Source of the DNA: an uncultured Bacteroidales bacterium | Lineage (GTDB): Bacteria > Bacteroidota > Bacteroidia > Bacteroidales > UBA10428 | DNA length: 64,000 nt | Direction of reading: 5' to 3' | NCBI GenBank assembly: GCA_963821135.1 | Contig: CAWGCR010000002.1 | Location: 365,841-429,840, forward strand | Shown here: in pieces, positions 1 to 10,211 of the stretch | Layout: every line of letters starts with the position of its first letter | Position numbering within the stretch: the first letter of the stretch is position 1 | Translations under genes and position numbers: made by a program | The notes under the pieces: generated by a model | Database searches by the model: none | Told to the model about the DNA's origin: nothing | What the model saw: only the letters and a program-made list of their open reading frames with translations

Positions 1-1
1 C

Positions 2-102
2 ATTAATGCATTATCGAAGTTATCATCCCCATTTACCTCGGCAGAAGTTAAGACCTTTGATAAAGATGAAATTGTGAAAGCTGCTGAGTGGATTGCAGCC
101 TG
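2..102 (+). CDS. 3' end (C-terminal 33 aa) of an upstream gene running off the window; product unknown
   Basis: Open frame from the window edge to a TGA at 100-102 (…SAEVKTFDKDEIVKAAEWIAA*). No recognisable motif. Confidence 0.3.
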
Positions 103-270
103 AAATGATTAGGCAAAAACGGTATTGAAAAAAATAATCCAAAAACTTAAACAATATGGATACAAAGACAAAAAAAGAGTTGAGAATATTAGAAAAAATT
201 AAATCAAGATTAAAAAACTTTCGTCCTCCTGAATACAAGAACGATTTAAAACGAAAAAGGGGAGTTAAAT

Positions 271-302
271 AAAAAAACCGGGGATAAACTCCCGGTTTTT
301 TA
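271..302. terminator. Bidirectional rho-independent terminator (A-tract / GC hairpin / T-tract)
   Basis: aaaaaaaCCGGGgataaactCCCGGtttttt. The 5-bp GC stem is flanked by an A7 run upstream and a T7 run downstream. It lies between the + strand gene end and the - strand gene ending at 330. Confidence 0.6.
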
Positions 303-329
303 TTTAACATATAAAGGCAATTATTTCGC

Positions 330-788
330 CTAGCGAATAAGAGCCGGAATGAAAGGGTCTTTTATAAAATCAGAAGTAAGCGGAACAACTGCCAATGTAG
401 GCACACTAATCCCGTTAATTTCCCCGGGTATCCAGTTGCCCGAGCTTGCTTTTATAGCAGACTCAGCCTGTTTTTCCAGATCATCCACGTAGGCGGCCAC
501 GGATGTTTCAATGTCTTCGGATGTGGTAGCAAAAGTTATTTTATCGTCTTCGTCTACCACGAATTTAACGAAAACGATTCCTTCAAAACCCCAATCTTTT
601 GCATACGCTATCTCAATAAAATCATCGGAAACACTTTCCTGTGCACTTGTGGTTACCATTTCAAATGAAAACAGGATTAGAACTACTGTGGCGAGTTTTT
701 TTACCGATATTTTCTGTTGTACATTTTTAGTAGTCTTTACTTTTTTGTGATTAATAGAATTAAGCTGGTTAAGCAACGGCATTAACAA
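330..788 (-). CDS. Hypothetical secreted protein (N-terminal hydrophobic signal-like segment)
   Basis: 152-aa ORF with a hydrophobic stretch (KKLATVVLILFSFEMVTTSAQE) near the N-terminus. No recognised domain. Confidence 0.45.
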   Translation of the reverse strand: MLMPLLNQLNSINHKKVKTTKNVQQKISVKKLATVVLILFSFEMVTTSAQESVSDDFIEIAYAKDWGFEGIVFVKFVVDEDDKITFATTSEDIETSVAAYVDDLEKQAESAIKASSGNWIPGEINGISVPTLAVVPLTSDFIKDPFIPALIR

Positions 789-1164
789 TACCGAAAATGA
801 CCACGATAATCATAAAGGCAAAAAGAAGCCAGAAAAAGCCTCCCAGCGCCAATGCTACTGCTTTTTCTTCTGTCGGTTCCTGGGTTTGTTGTTCCAGTTT
901 ACTCCTTGTTCTGGGGCTTGGAGTAGCTGCTGCTAACAAAAGAGCTATGAAAAGTCCTGCTACCAGCGGGGGAAACCAATAAATATCACCGTAGAAAGGC
1001 CCGATGGGCGTAACCCATAAGTCGGCTGCGACAACACCAAGCAGGATAACAATAAAGAATGCCCAGAAACGGCCCCAGGGGCCACGTATGCGAAGTGCAT
1101 ACCCAAAGATTAAGGTAATAAGGAAGGCGACACCAAATAAATAAAGTAGACCTAATGCGCTCAT
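769..1164 (-). CDS. Small integral membrane protein (3-4 predicted TM helices), hypothetical
   Basis: 131-aa ORF, highly hydrophobic, overlapping the downstream gene by 20 bp (likely operon). Confidence 0.45.
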   Translation of the reverse strand: MSALGLLYLFGVAFLITLIFGYALRIRGPWGRFWAFFIVILLGVVAADLWVTPIGPFYGDIYWFPPLVAGLFIALLLAAATPSPRTRSKLEQQTQEPTEEKAVALALGGFFWLLFAFMIIVVIFGIVNAVA

Positions 1165-1441
1165 AATAATGTGTTTTTAGATTTATAAATAAATTAACAT
1201 CTTACCTAATTAAAAACCTGTGCCAAAGTGGTTGTTGATATGAGTAAGAGCAAAATGAGCCCGGAATAAACAGCCACTACAGGCTGGTAACTTTGTTGTA
1301 TGACATTGAACTGAAAAAGCTATTTGAGGAATAATTCCTGCCAGATGTAGAAAATAACCACAATTTCAAAAGCAAAACACCTCTTTTTCAGCTATTAATG
1401 CTTTTGGAACAATTATTTCAGTAGCTATAGAAAACATCATT

Positions 1442-1966
1442 ATGGAAAAATTACAATTACAAAATTGGTTATTCACGAGTCTGAACGGTTTTTTAGCAAT
1501 AATATTTGGTTTAGTCGCTTTATTGTTCCCTACAATTACCTTAATTGCTTTAGCCATATATTTTGCGTTTTCAATCTTGACTGGTGGATTAGTCTTAACC
1601 ATTGGTTCCATTCGAATAAGAAATGAGAATTCAGGCTGGCACTTAGTTCTGCTTGAAGGCATCATAGGTTTGCTGCTTGGTATTGTTATTTTATTAAGGC
1701 CGGAAGTATCTGCTGCGGTTTTTGTTACCATCATCGGGATGTGGGCAATGCTGCTGGGATTGATTTTTTTAATAGCCTGGTTTAGAAAAAAAACACCAAA
1801 ATCAGAAAAAGGCTTTCTGCTCATAACAGGAATCCTGTCGCTTGTTTTTGGTATTCTCATCGCCCTTAACCCTTTTGAGGGCTCGCGGGTAATCACCGTT
1901 CTTATAGGTGTATATGCCATTGCTTATGGCCTGTTTTCAATGATTACTAACCGTAAAAAAGCTTAA
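1442..1966 (+). CDS. HdeD-like (DUF308) acid-resistance-type membrane protein
   Basis: 174 aa with repeated 2-TM pairs carrying GxxxG-rich helices (IIGLLLGIVILL, LVFGILIAL), the typical HdeD/DUF308 architecture. Confidence 0.5.
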   Translation: MEKLQLQNWLFTSLNGFLAIIFGLVALLFPTITLIALAIYFAFSILTGGLVLTIGSIRIRNENSGWHLVLLEGIIGLLLGIVILLRPEVSAAVFVTIIGMWAMLLGLIFLIAWFRKKTPKSEKGFLLITGILSLVFGILIALNPFEGSRVITVLIGVYAIAYGLFSMITNRKKA

Positions 1967-1969
1967 ATT

Positions 1970-2539
1970 ATGCAACAAGTAAAAAATTTAAAGCATAAAA
2001 CAATTGCTATTTTGGCAACCGATGGTTTTGAAGAAATAGAACTTACGGCACCACAGGAAGAACTGTCCGGGTATGGAGCAACCATCCATATTGTATCGGA
2101 CAAGCCCAAAATTAAATCGTGGAAAAACAAACAATGGGGAAACGAATTTGAAAGTGACCGGATGCTGGAAGCTGCAAATGTAAGAGATTATAATATGTTA
2201 ATCCTTCCGGGAGGTGTAATCAATTCGGATAAACTCAGGAGAAATAAAAAAGCCATTGAATTCATCAAAAAATTTAACAATGAAAATAAATTTATTGCTG
2301 CCATTTGCCATGGCCCGCAGCTCTTAATAGAAGCCGAATTGGTAAAAGGGAAAACGCTGACTGCGCATCAAGCCATTAAAACCGATATAAAAAATGCAGG
2401 TGCAAATTATGAAGATTTTGGTGTTTTAAGGGATGAAAATATTATTTCTGCCAGGGGAGCTGATGATGTTTCTGCATTCCTGAAAAAAATCATTAACGTA
2501 TTGAAAGTTGAAAACAAGGAAGCCTTGATCAAGGATTAG
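1970..2539 (+). CDS. DJ-1/PfpI family protein (type 1 glutamine amidotransferase-like)
   Basis: 189 aa. Conserved nucleophile elbow AICHGPQLL. Starts 4 bp after the previous gene. Confidence 0.8.
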   Translation: MQQVKNLKHKTIAILATDGFEEIELTAPQEELSGYGATIHIVSDKPKIKSWKNKQWGNEFESDRMLEAANVRDYNMLILPGGVINSDKLRRNKKAIEFIKKFNNENKFIAAICHGPQLLIEAELVKGKTLTAHQAIKTDIKNAGANYEDFGVLRDENIISARGADDVSAFLKKIINVLKVENKEALIKD

Positions 2540-2572
2540 ATATTTAGAAACTACTAAATTCGCAATAAAAAA

Positions 2573-3277
2573 ATGAGCATTTTAATTACCGGAGCAAGTT
2601 CGGGTGTGGGAGCCGGTCTTGCGGCTCACTATCTCGAAAATAACCACAATGTTTATGGCATAAGCAGAAATGAAAATGCAGATCTTAATAAACCAAATTT
2701 TAGTTTTTTATCACAAGACTTAGGCAATTTTAAAGAGTTAGAACAAAAATTACCCTCCTTTTTACCGAAGGAAACTAACTTCGAACTGGTTATTCTTAAC
2801 GCAGGTATTCTGAATGAAGTGAAAGACCTGAAAGAAACTTCCGTTAACGAGATAAAACGTACCATGAACATTAATGTCTGGGCAAATAAGGTATTGATTG
2901 ATGTATTATTCAAACATGTCCGTAAAATTAAGCAGGTTGTTGCCATTTCATCAGGAGCCTCAATAAGTGGTTCCAGGGGATGGAATGCATACGCTTTATC
3001 AAAAGCCACGCTGAATATGCTTATAAAACTCTACTCAAAGGAATATATCGAAACCCATTTTTGTGCTTTAGCACCCGGACTTATCGACACAAACATGCAG
3101 GATTATATTTATAACTTGCCCGATGAAGAAAAATTCCCGGTAATTCAAAAATTAAAGAAAGCAAGAGGGACTGAATTAATGCCCGATCCTAAAAAAGCAG
3201 CCGGACAGATTGCACAAGCCATAGAAAAAGTGAAGGGGCTTGAAAGTGGCAGTTTTTTTGATATCCGTGATTTGTAG
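2573..3277 (+). CDS. Short-chain dehydrogenase/reductase (SDR)
   Basis: N-terminal TGASSGVG Rossmann motif; catalytic S…YxxxK (SGS…YALSKA). Confidence 0.8.
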   Translation: MSILITGASSGVGAGLAAHYLENNHNVYGISRNENADLNKPNFSFLSQDLGNFKELEQKLPSFLPKETNFELVILNAGILNEVKDLKETSVNEIKRTMNINVWANKVLIDVLFKHVRKIKQVVAISSGASISGSRGWNAYALSKATLNMLIKLYSKEYIETHFCALAPGLIDTNMQDYIYNLPDEEKFPVIQKLKKARGTELMPDPKKAAGQIAQAIEKVKGLESGSFFDIRDL

Positions 3278-3346
3278 AGTGAAAAGCTGTATTGCCTTAT
3301 TCAGCTACTCAAGTTTTGTTTTGGTTGATTGTATAATGCTATGGGC

Positions 3347-4687
3347 TTAGTTCTTTTTCACCTGTAAAATAAACACAACCAAAAACCAAATTATAGCTAT
3401 TCCTGTCAGAAAAAGCCATGGTCCAAATTGTGCAATTAACGGTAGGGCCAGGCCGGTTACTAATCCTCCGCCAACTATGGGTTCGTAAAAAGGTTGCTTA
3501 TAACTAAAAGCGGCAAGCATTTTATCAGACCTTGCCCTAGTCTTTTTTAGTAAAATAAGTCCTATGGCTGTCGTTCCCATCGATTGCCCTAATTCTCCCA
3601 ATCCTTTTATGCGCCAATATTTTCCAAAAAATACTTTTGAGAGAAAGAAATATACCAGCAATACGTAAGCTATTCCGGTTCCAGCAAGAATAAGTAAAGG
3701 GTATATATTGTTGGCAATGGCCGATAAAGATAGGCTTCCAAGTGCTGCAACAATTAGGATATCTAAAGAAAGATTGGATATAAAACGTATGTGGTGCCTG
3801 CTTACGTGCCGGTCTATTTTCCATTTCACAGCCAATTTCTGTACAACAAGACCTGCCAGCATGGCAACCGGAAACAGGGGTATATATTTTATAATCCTGA
3901 ATTGGCTTTCTGAAAGTAACAAATCTTCCAAAATTCCCATGCCCTTTAAAAACAGCCATCCCAACACTATGGAAAGCCCTACCATACTTACCTGCAATGT
4001 AAACGAAGTTTTCTTAAGCTCTATGGTATTGTTTTCATCACCGGACATTTGCATATCATCATCATCCTTTTTAAAAGGGAGGTTCGACATCAGGGTACCA
4101 AAAACAATAGCCGTTATTATTCCAATAGTGGCAATTCCCAGCCCCAAATCACTGCCTTCAGTAAATCCAAGCTCGCTAAATGTGGGTTGAAGCCCGGCAA
4201 CAGTACCATGTCCTCCTTGAAAACCAATAGCAATTAATGCTCCGGAAAGTACGTCAATATCATAAATGGGTTTTAAGATTAATACAGCTGTTAACAAACC
4301 AACAATGTACTGACCTAATGCAAGTGTATAACCGTACCCTAAATTAGGAAGACTGTTTTGAAATATTTCTTTTGAGGATGGTATTTTCCGGCCAAGAAAC
4401 AAGCAGGCAAATACTATGGTTATTAAATATTCGGGAAGATGTTTCCAAATTATAATATTGATATTTGAAATAAATCCTTCTGGAACGCTACCTTCAAGAA
4501 AGGAGATATTACTGATACTATCTCCAAAAGCCTCCGGGCCAACAAGTAAAGCTAGCACTCCTGCCAGTAAAGAGGAAGGAAGTATTAAGCTTTTAAAAAG
4601 CAAATTCTTTATCAAATAAGAAATAAAAAGTAATACTGATATAATTAATAGTGATGAAAAATAGTTCCCTACAGTGATGTTATCCAT
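3347..4687 (-). CDS. Polytopic membrane transporter (possibly Na+/solute symporter of GltS-like type)
   Basis: 446 aa, ~10-12 hydrophobic helices, acidic cytoplasmic loop (KKDDDDMQMSGDE). Family assignment is tentative. Confidence 0.4.
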   Translation of the reverse strand: MDNITVGNYFSSLLIISVLLFISYLIKNLLFKSLILPSSLLAGVLALLVGPEAFGDSISNISFLEGSVPEGFISNINIIIWKHLPEYLITIVFACLFLGRKIPSSKEIFQNSLPNLGYGYTLALGQYIVGLLTAVLILKPIYDIDVLSGALIAIGFQGGHGTVAGLQPTFSELGFTEGSDLGLGIATIGIITAIVFGTLMSNLPFKKDDDDMQMSGDENNTIELKKTSFTLQVSMVGLSIVLGWLFLKGMGILEDLLLSESQFRIIKYIPLFPVAMLAGLVVQKLAVKWKIDRHVSRHHIRFISNLSLDILIVAALGSLSLSAIANNIYPLLILAGTGIAYVLLVYFFLSKVFFGKYWRIKGLGELGQSMGTTAIGLILLKKTRARSDKMLAAFSYKQPFYEPIVGGGLVTGLALPLIAQFGPWLFLTGIAIIWFLVVFILQVKKN

Positions 4688-4700
4688 GAACTCAAAGTTT

Positions 4701-5555
4701 TTAGAACAATATTGGAATTTCAGAGTTCTGAATAAGATCTTTTTCTATGTTTTTTGTGAGTCTATTACCAAATAAACCAGGCTGTTTGTTGCTAAGGAGT
4801 ATCAGGTCAGGCTCGGTATTAAGGATGTAATTTTGTAGCACATTTATGTAATTATGACCTGTTAATATATTTGTCTTTATTGTATATTGAAAAGACTCTG
4901 TTTCTGCTATCTGAAGCCATGCTTTACTTTTCAATTCTTTTTCCAAATATTTTTTAGGTTTAGCTATATCGACAGCATTAATTATGGGTTTAAAACCACT
5001 CAGAAAAGAATCAGCTTTTAAATATTTGTCAAAAGCATTGTCTCCATTAAAATTAGTAATCATTAACACTTTATTGAACTCATTGAATTGTTTGCCTGAA
5101 GGGACAACAATAACCTGTAGATTTCTGTTTTTAAAGGTTTTAATAATCTCTTTTTGCGAGTGGAAGATGTAATTATCAGGCTCGGAGTTAACCAGCACCA
5201 AGGTGCTAGGCGTATGATCTACTAAACTATTCAGGCAATTAATAATAGAATTATCTTCAACGACTGTATTTATTTTTAGCGGATAATTGAGTGCTGAAGC
5301 TTCCCGGCTCAGAACTTTTTCAATTGCCTTGCGAGATGTGTTTATTTCACGTTGCAGGATTTCATCATAAGACATTTTATTACCAGGTGTTATGCTTTGC
5401 GAATCGGCATACGGGCTGATTACCCCATGTTGGGTGCGCGAATCAATAGAGTGAATAATATCCACTTTAGCATGTAAATGTTTGGCTAAATTTAGTCCGT
5501 AAGGAATTATGCTTTTTGATTTTCCTTTTATGTCGCTAATAATAATTACTTGCAT
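4701..5555 (-). CDS. Tandem universal stress protein (UspA) domain protein
   Basis: 284 aa, two ~140-aa halves each with Usp-like beta-alpha pattern (…VLVNSEP…; ILLSNKQPGLFGNRL…). 13 bp downstream of the transporter gene. Confidence 0.5.
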   Translation of the reverse strand: MQVIIISDIKGKSKSIIPYGLNLAKHLHAKVDIIHSIDSRTQHGVISPYADSQSITPGNKMSYDEILQREINTSRKAIEKVLSREASALNYPLKINTVVEDNSIINCLNSLVDHTPSTLVLVNSEPDNYIFHSQKEIIKTFKNRNLQVIVVPSGKQFNEFNKVLMITNFNGDNAFDKYLKADSFLSGFKPIINAVDIAKPKKYLEKELKSKAWLQIAETESFQYTIKTNILTGHNYINVLQNYILNTEPDLILLSNKQPGLFGNRLTKNIEKDLIQNSEIPILF

Positions 5556-5583
5556 ATTTCTGTGTATATTTATCTAATAAAAA

Positions 5584-6853
5584 TTAAAACAATAAAGCAT
5601 AAGGGTCTTCCAATACATTGCATAACCAACGAAGGAAGCGTGCCCCGTCGGCGCCATTAATTACACGGTGGTCGTAAGAAAGGGATAAAGGCATAACCAA
5701 CCGTTTTTCAAATTCATCATTGATAAGCACCTGCTGGTATTTTGCTCTCGAAACACCCAGAATAGCCACCTGTGGCGGATAAACAATAGGTGTAAAAGCT
5801 GTTCCGCCAATTCCGCCAAGATTAGAAATAGTGAACGTTCCCCCTTGCATTTCTTCGGAAGCAAGTTTTTTATCTCTTGCTTTCTTTGATTGCGCTGCTA
5901 ATTCAGCAGATAATTCGGCTAATGATTTACGGTTCGCGTTACGAATAACCGGAACCAATATTCCCTGTGGTGTATCTACGGCCACACCTATGTTATACTC
6001 AAGTTTAAGTGCAATTTCTTTGTTTTCCCAATCGAGGCTGGCATTGAAACGGGGAAATTTCTGAAGTGCGTAAGCGGATACTTTCAGCAAAATGGAGGTG
6101 ATCGTAAGTTTACCACCCTGTTTTTAGATTTTCTCCTGGTTTTCCTGCCTGAATTTTTCCAGCTTGGTTATATCAGCCTCGTCGAACTGCGTGACATGAG
6201 GTATGGTTTGCCATGCTTCCTGCATAGTTTGTGCAGTTATGCGGCCAATATTATTTAGGGATTCTTTTGTTGTATTGGTTGGATCGGGTGTAGTTTGTTT
6301 GTTTTCCGAATCTTTATCTTTAGAACTAACAAAATCTTCAACATCTGCCTTGGAAATACGGTTGCCCGGCCCTGAGCCTTTAATCTCAGTGAGGTCAACA
6401 TCGTGTTCTCGTGCTACTTTCCTGGCCAATGGCGAAACCGGGATTTGATTATCATCACGAAGTTCACCTTTATCTGTCTTATTCGTATCTTTCTTTTCTT
6501 CCTTGTTATTTTCAGTTTCTGCTGCTTTTTCTTTTTCATCAGTATCCCTGTCCCTGGATGATGATTCGTCGGCTTCTTTTGTTTTCTCCTCCCCCTTGCT
6601 TTCATCTTTATCATCCTGCACTTCAAGAAGAATAATCACCTGGTTTACCTTAATTTCATCGCCTTCTTTTACCTTTAATTTCTTTTATCACCCCATCGTA
6701 ATCCGATGGTATTTCCGTGGTTGCCTTATCGGTTTCTACCGCTACCAAAGCTTGTTCGGCAGAAACTTCATCGCCTTCCGATACCAGAATGCTGGCTATC
6801 AATCCGGATTCATCGTTTTCCGATATATTGGGTATTTTTATTTCTTTAATCAT
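5584..6853 (-). pseudogene. aceF: Dihydrolipoamide acetyltransferase (2-oxo acid dehydrogenase E2) split into three ORFs by two frameshifts
   Basis: Three ORFs carry the three E2 domains in order. 6656-6853 is the lipoyl domain (ETDKA). 6124-6639 is the linker plus peripheral-subunit-binding domain (PLARKVAREHDVDLTEIKGSGPGNRISKADVEDF). 5584-6090 is the catalytic domain ([18 protein letters not shown]). The frame switches near 6640-6655 (one extra G in aaaGGtaaaag would restore …IKVKEGDEIKV…) and near 6091-6123. Confidence 0.8.
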
Positions 6854-6882
6854 ACTATGAGTATTACTTGCCTATTAATAAT

Positions 6883-9549
6883 TTATATGGATGTAGGAGA
6901 TTTTTTTATCACCATCAATACCCAGTTTCTTTTGGCTTCAGTCCATACCTTTTTGTCCAATTTTTTCTGTTCGAACAAGCAGTTTAGCACACTCCAGGCA
7001 ATATGCTTGGCACTTACCTCGAAATGTTCGCGTAATTCTTCCCGATGGTCGCTTAAACCAAATCCATCGGTTCCCAATGCCGTAAAAGTGCCCGGGAACC
7101 ATTTGGACACACTTAAGGGCAGTGCTTTTTGGTAATCCGTAGCGGCGACAAAAATGCCTTCTTTTTCACCTACCGATTTTTGAATGTAGTTCTTTGAATT
7201 TCGGGTATTTAATCGGTTAACCCTTTCAGTTTCTATGGCATCATCGTATAATTTTTTATAACTGGTAACACTCCATACGTCAGCATGTAAATCGTAATCA
7301 CTTTTTAGTATTTCAGCCGCTTTTATCGTTTCATTCAATATGGTTCCGCTGCCCAGTAAATGTATGTTGTGCTCGCTCTTTCTGGTAGTTTTATATTTGT
7401 ACATCCCGTTAAGAATTCCCTCCTCAACGCCTTTTTTTGAAGGCATTTCCGGCATAGTATATTTCTCGTTCATAATGGTGATGTAATAAAAAATATCTTC
7501 CCCTTCTGCATACATTCTTTTAATTCCGTCTCTCACAATTACAGCCAGTTCGTAAGCATAGGCCGGGTCGTACGCCTGAACGGAGGGCACACTCATTGCC
7601 AACAGATGGCTATGCCCATCCTGATGTTGCAGTCCTTCGCCTGCCAGGGTAGTACGCCCCGATGTTCCTCCCAACAGAAAGCCTTTCGCCCGGGCGTCGG
7701 CAGCAGCCCATATAAAATCTCCGACACGCTGAAAGCCAAACATCGAGTAAAAAATATAAAAGGGGATGGTATTTATCTGATGGGTTGAGTAAGCGGTACC
7801 TGCTGCTATGAACGATGACATGGAACCCGCTTCCGTGATTCCTTCTTCAAGAATAGCACCGTTTTTGGCCTCTTTGTAGTACAGCAGGTTCTCCCTGTCA
7901 ACGGGTTCATAAAGCTGGCCTTTGTGGGCGTATATACTTACCTGCTTAAACAGTGCGTCCATACCAAAAGTACGGGATTCGTCAGGCACAATAGGTACAA
8001 TAAGCTTACCGGTTTTTTTGTCTTTTAATAATTTCGATAAAAGCTGAACGGCAGCCATAGTGGTTGCCACTTCCCGTTTGCCAGAGCCTTTCAAAAACTC
8101 ATCGAATAGGTTTTCTTCTGGCATAGTGAACTTTGGTTGTTTATCGCTTCTCATCGGAATATAAGCACCCAGTTTTTCGCGCTGTTCTTTTAAATATTTT
8201 ATCTCCTCTCTATCATCGTCTGGTTTGTAAAAAGGGGCTTCGGCTAAATCATTGTCAGAAACAGGAATATTAAACCTATCACGAAATTGTTTCAACTCAT
8301 ATTCGTTAAGTTTTTTTTGCTGGTGCGTGATGTTGCGGCCTTCCCCGGCTTCTCCCAGCCCATAACCTTTTATGGTTTGCGCCAAAATTACGGTAGGAGT
8401 GCCTTCATTTTCTGTTGCCGCTTTATAGGCATTAAATACTTTTAACGGATCGTGTCCCCCACGTCGTAAAAGGGCTAATTCTTCATCGTTTAAATCCTCA
8501 ACAAGTGTTTGAAGTTCTTCGTATTTGCCAAAAAATTCTTTACGGATGTATTTACCATCAGAGATTGAAAATTTCTGGCGTTGACCATCAACAAGTTCAC
8601 CCAGCCGTTTTTTCAACAGTCCTTTACTGTCCTTTTTCAATAATCCATCCCAGTTTTCGCCCAATATTACTTTTATTACATTCCATCCGGCACCCCTGAA
8701 TGCTCCTTCCAGTTCCTGAATGATGGAGCCATTTCCACGAACAGGGCCGTCGAGCCGCTGCAAATTGCAGTTGATAACAAATATTAGGTTGTCTAATTCT
8801 TCGCGCGAAGCCAGTGTGAGCGCCCCCATCGATTCGGGTTCGTCCATTTCGCCATCGCCTAAAAAAGCCCAAACCTTTTGGTCTGGGGCTTCCAACAATC
8901 CTTTATCCTGAAGGTATTTATTGAAACGTGCCTGGTAAATGGCATTTATCGGCCCTAAACCCATCGATACTGTCGGGAACTGCCAGTATTCTTTCATTAA
9001 TCGCGGGTGTGGATAGGAAGAAAGGCCTCCCTTTTCATTGAGTTCCCGTCTAAAATTTTTGAGCAAGTCATTAGAGAACCTTCCTTCCAGAAAGGAGCGG
9101 GCATAGATCCCGGGCGATGCATGTCCCTGGTAATAGATTATATCGGCTGGTTCGCCGTTTTGGCTTCCTTTGAAAAAATGATTAAATCCTACCTCGTACA
9201 AGGTAGCAGCAGATGCATAGGTTGAAATATGGCCGCCAATTCCCTCTTTTTTCTTGTTGGCCTGCACAACCATAGCCATGGAGTTCCAACGGACCAGGCT
9301 TTTTATTTTCCGCTCCAATTCACGGTTTCCAGGATAAGCAACTTCCTGCTCAGAAGAAATGGTATTGATATAAGGGGTATTCAGTTCTGGTTTTAGCGGT
9401 ACCCCCTCATTAATCGCATGATGCTGCAACAGTTTTAATAATTCTTCGATGCGTTCAGGAGGTTCGTTTTGTATAATATAATCCAGCGATTCGAGCCATT
9501 CCCGGTTTTCGAATTCGTAGATTTCTTTTTTATTGTTTGTTTCTTCCAT
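6883..9549 (-). CDS. aceE: Pyruvate dehydrogenase E1 component, homodimeric AceE type
   Basis: ~890-aa ORF with AceE-type N-terminus (…EWLESLDYIIQNE…) and TPP-binding region (GDGEMDEPES). The ORF track extends to 9618 but that would overlap the rhodanese gene, so the start was chosen at MEETNNKK (9549). Confidence 0.85.
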   Translation of the reverse strand: MEETNNKKEIYEFENREWLESLDYIIQNEPPERIEELLKLLQHHAINEGVPLKPELNTPYINTISSEQEVAYPGNRELERKIKSLVRWNSMAMVVQANKKKEGIGGHISTYASAATLYEVGFNHFFKGSQNGEPADIIYYQGHASPGIYARSFLEGRFSNDLLKNFRRELNEKGGLSSYPHPRLMKEYWQFPTVSMGLGPINAIYQARFNKYLQDKGLLEAPDQKVWAFLGDGEMDEPESMGALTLASREELDNLIFVINCNLQRLDGPVRGNGSIIQELEGAFRGAGWNVIKVILGENWDGLLKKDSKGLLKKRLGELVDGQRQKFSISDGKYIRKEFFGKYEELQTLVEDLNDEELALLRRGGHDPLKVFNAYKAATENEGTPTVILAQTIKGYGLGEAGEGRNITHQQKKLNEYELKQFRDRFNIPVSDNDLAEAPFYKPDDDREEIKYLKEQREKLGAYIPMRSDKQPKFTMPEENLFDEFLKGSGKREVATTMAAVQLLSKLLKDKKTGKLIVPIVPDESRTFGMDALFKQVSIYAHKGQLYEPVDRENLLYYKEAKNGAILEEGITEAGSMSSFIAAGTAYSTHQINTIPFYIFYSMFGFQRVGDFIWAAADARAKGFLLGGTSGRTTLAGEGLQHQDGHSHLLAMSVPSVQAYDPAYAYELAVIVRDGIKRMYAEGEDIFYYITIMNEKYTMPEMPSKKGVEEGILNGMYKYKTTRKSEHNIHLLGSGTILNETIKAAEILKSDYDLHADVWSVTSYKKLYDDAIETERVNRLNTRNSKNYIQKSVGEKEGIFVAATDYQKALPLSVSKWFPGTFTALGTDGFGLSDHREELREHFEVSAKHIAWSVLNCLFEQKKLDKKVWTEAKRNWVLMVIKKSPTSI

Positions 9550-9584
9550 TAGAGGGAAATAAATATTTTTACTCGAATACATTT

Positions 9585-9902
9585 TTAAGATTCCATGGGC
9601 ATTCCGGCATCTTTCCATTCTTTCTTTCCCCCTTCATAATCAAGCACATTTTTGAACCCCAGACTTTCGAGTTTCTTTGCTGCGGTTGGACTGGCAGAGC
9701 AATCGTAGTTTGAACAGTAAACCACTATTTCGTCCTCCTCACCGAACCATTGTTTTGCCCTAGTACCGATTTTTTTCAACGGAATATTAATGGCACCCTT
9801 GATGTGTGACTTTTTGAATTCTTCTTCATCGAGTACCTCAATCAAATGGATATTTGCATTTTCAAGTTTGTTCTTCAGTTCATCTTTGGTTATCGTCTTC
9901 AT
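9585..9902 (-). CDS. Rhodanese-domain protein (single-domain sulfurtransferase)
   Basis: 105 aa; active-site loop CSNYDCSAS with catalytic Cys. Confidence 0.75.
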   Translation of the reverse strand: MKTITKDELKNKLENANIHLIEVLDEEEFKKSHIKGAINIPLKKIGTRAKQWFGEEDEIVVYCSNYDCSASPTAAKKLESLGFKNVLDYEGGKKEWKDAGMPMES

Positions 9903-10211
9903 AAAAAATTATCCTTAAGTTTTTTATAGTAAAACAAGAGGTGTACCAAGTGCTGTTTATTTTGGTGGTTTCACCCGATGTCCTGTATAGTGGAGGAGAA
10001 TAGGAAAACAGACAAGCATAACCAGGAACAAGTTTGTGTAGAATATTTCCGAAAACTGTGGAATTAATACCCAAAAAATCGGTAATAATTATTCAGTGTA
10101 TCGGTTCTCAGAAATCGGATTGTCAGTGTAAAGCGAACATCGGTTGCCAAATACGGAATACCACGCAGAAAAAGGAACGGTTTTTTAAGCATTATACGAA
10201 AAGAAATAGCT

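Noticed and set aside
23-310. 95-aa minus-strand ORF spanning the first intergenic region
   Set aside because: Low-complexity, Phe/Leu-rich translation of AT-rich DNA. It overlaps the terminator and the small + ORF. It looks like a typical spurious antisense ORF.
1366-1920. 184-aa minus-strand ORF antisense to the HdeD-like gene
   Set aside because: Fully embedded antisense to a well-formed membrane-protein ORF. No recognisable features.
6503-7135. 210-aa plus-strand ORF across the E2/E1 junction, plus other antisense ORFs (3537-3959, 12058-12636, 19953-20573, 22022-22468, 49194-49574)
   Set aside because: All lie antisense to strongly supported genes and have Ser/Leu/Phe-rich low-complexity translations.
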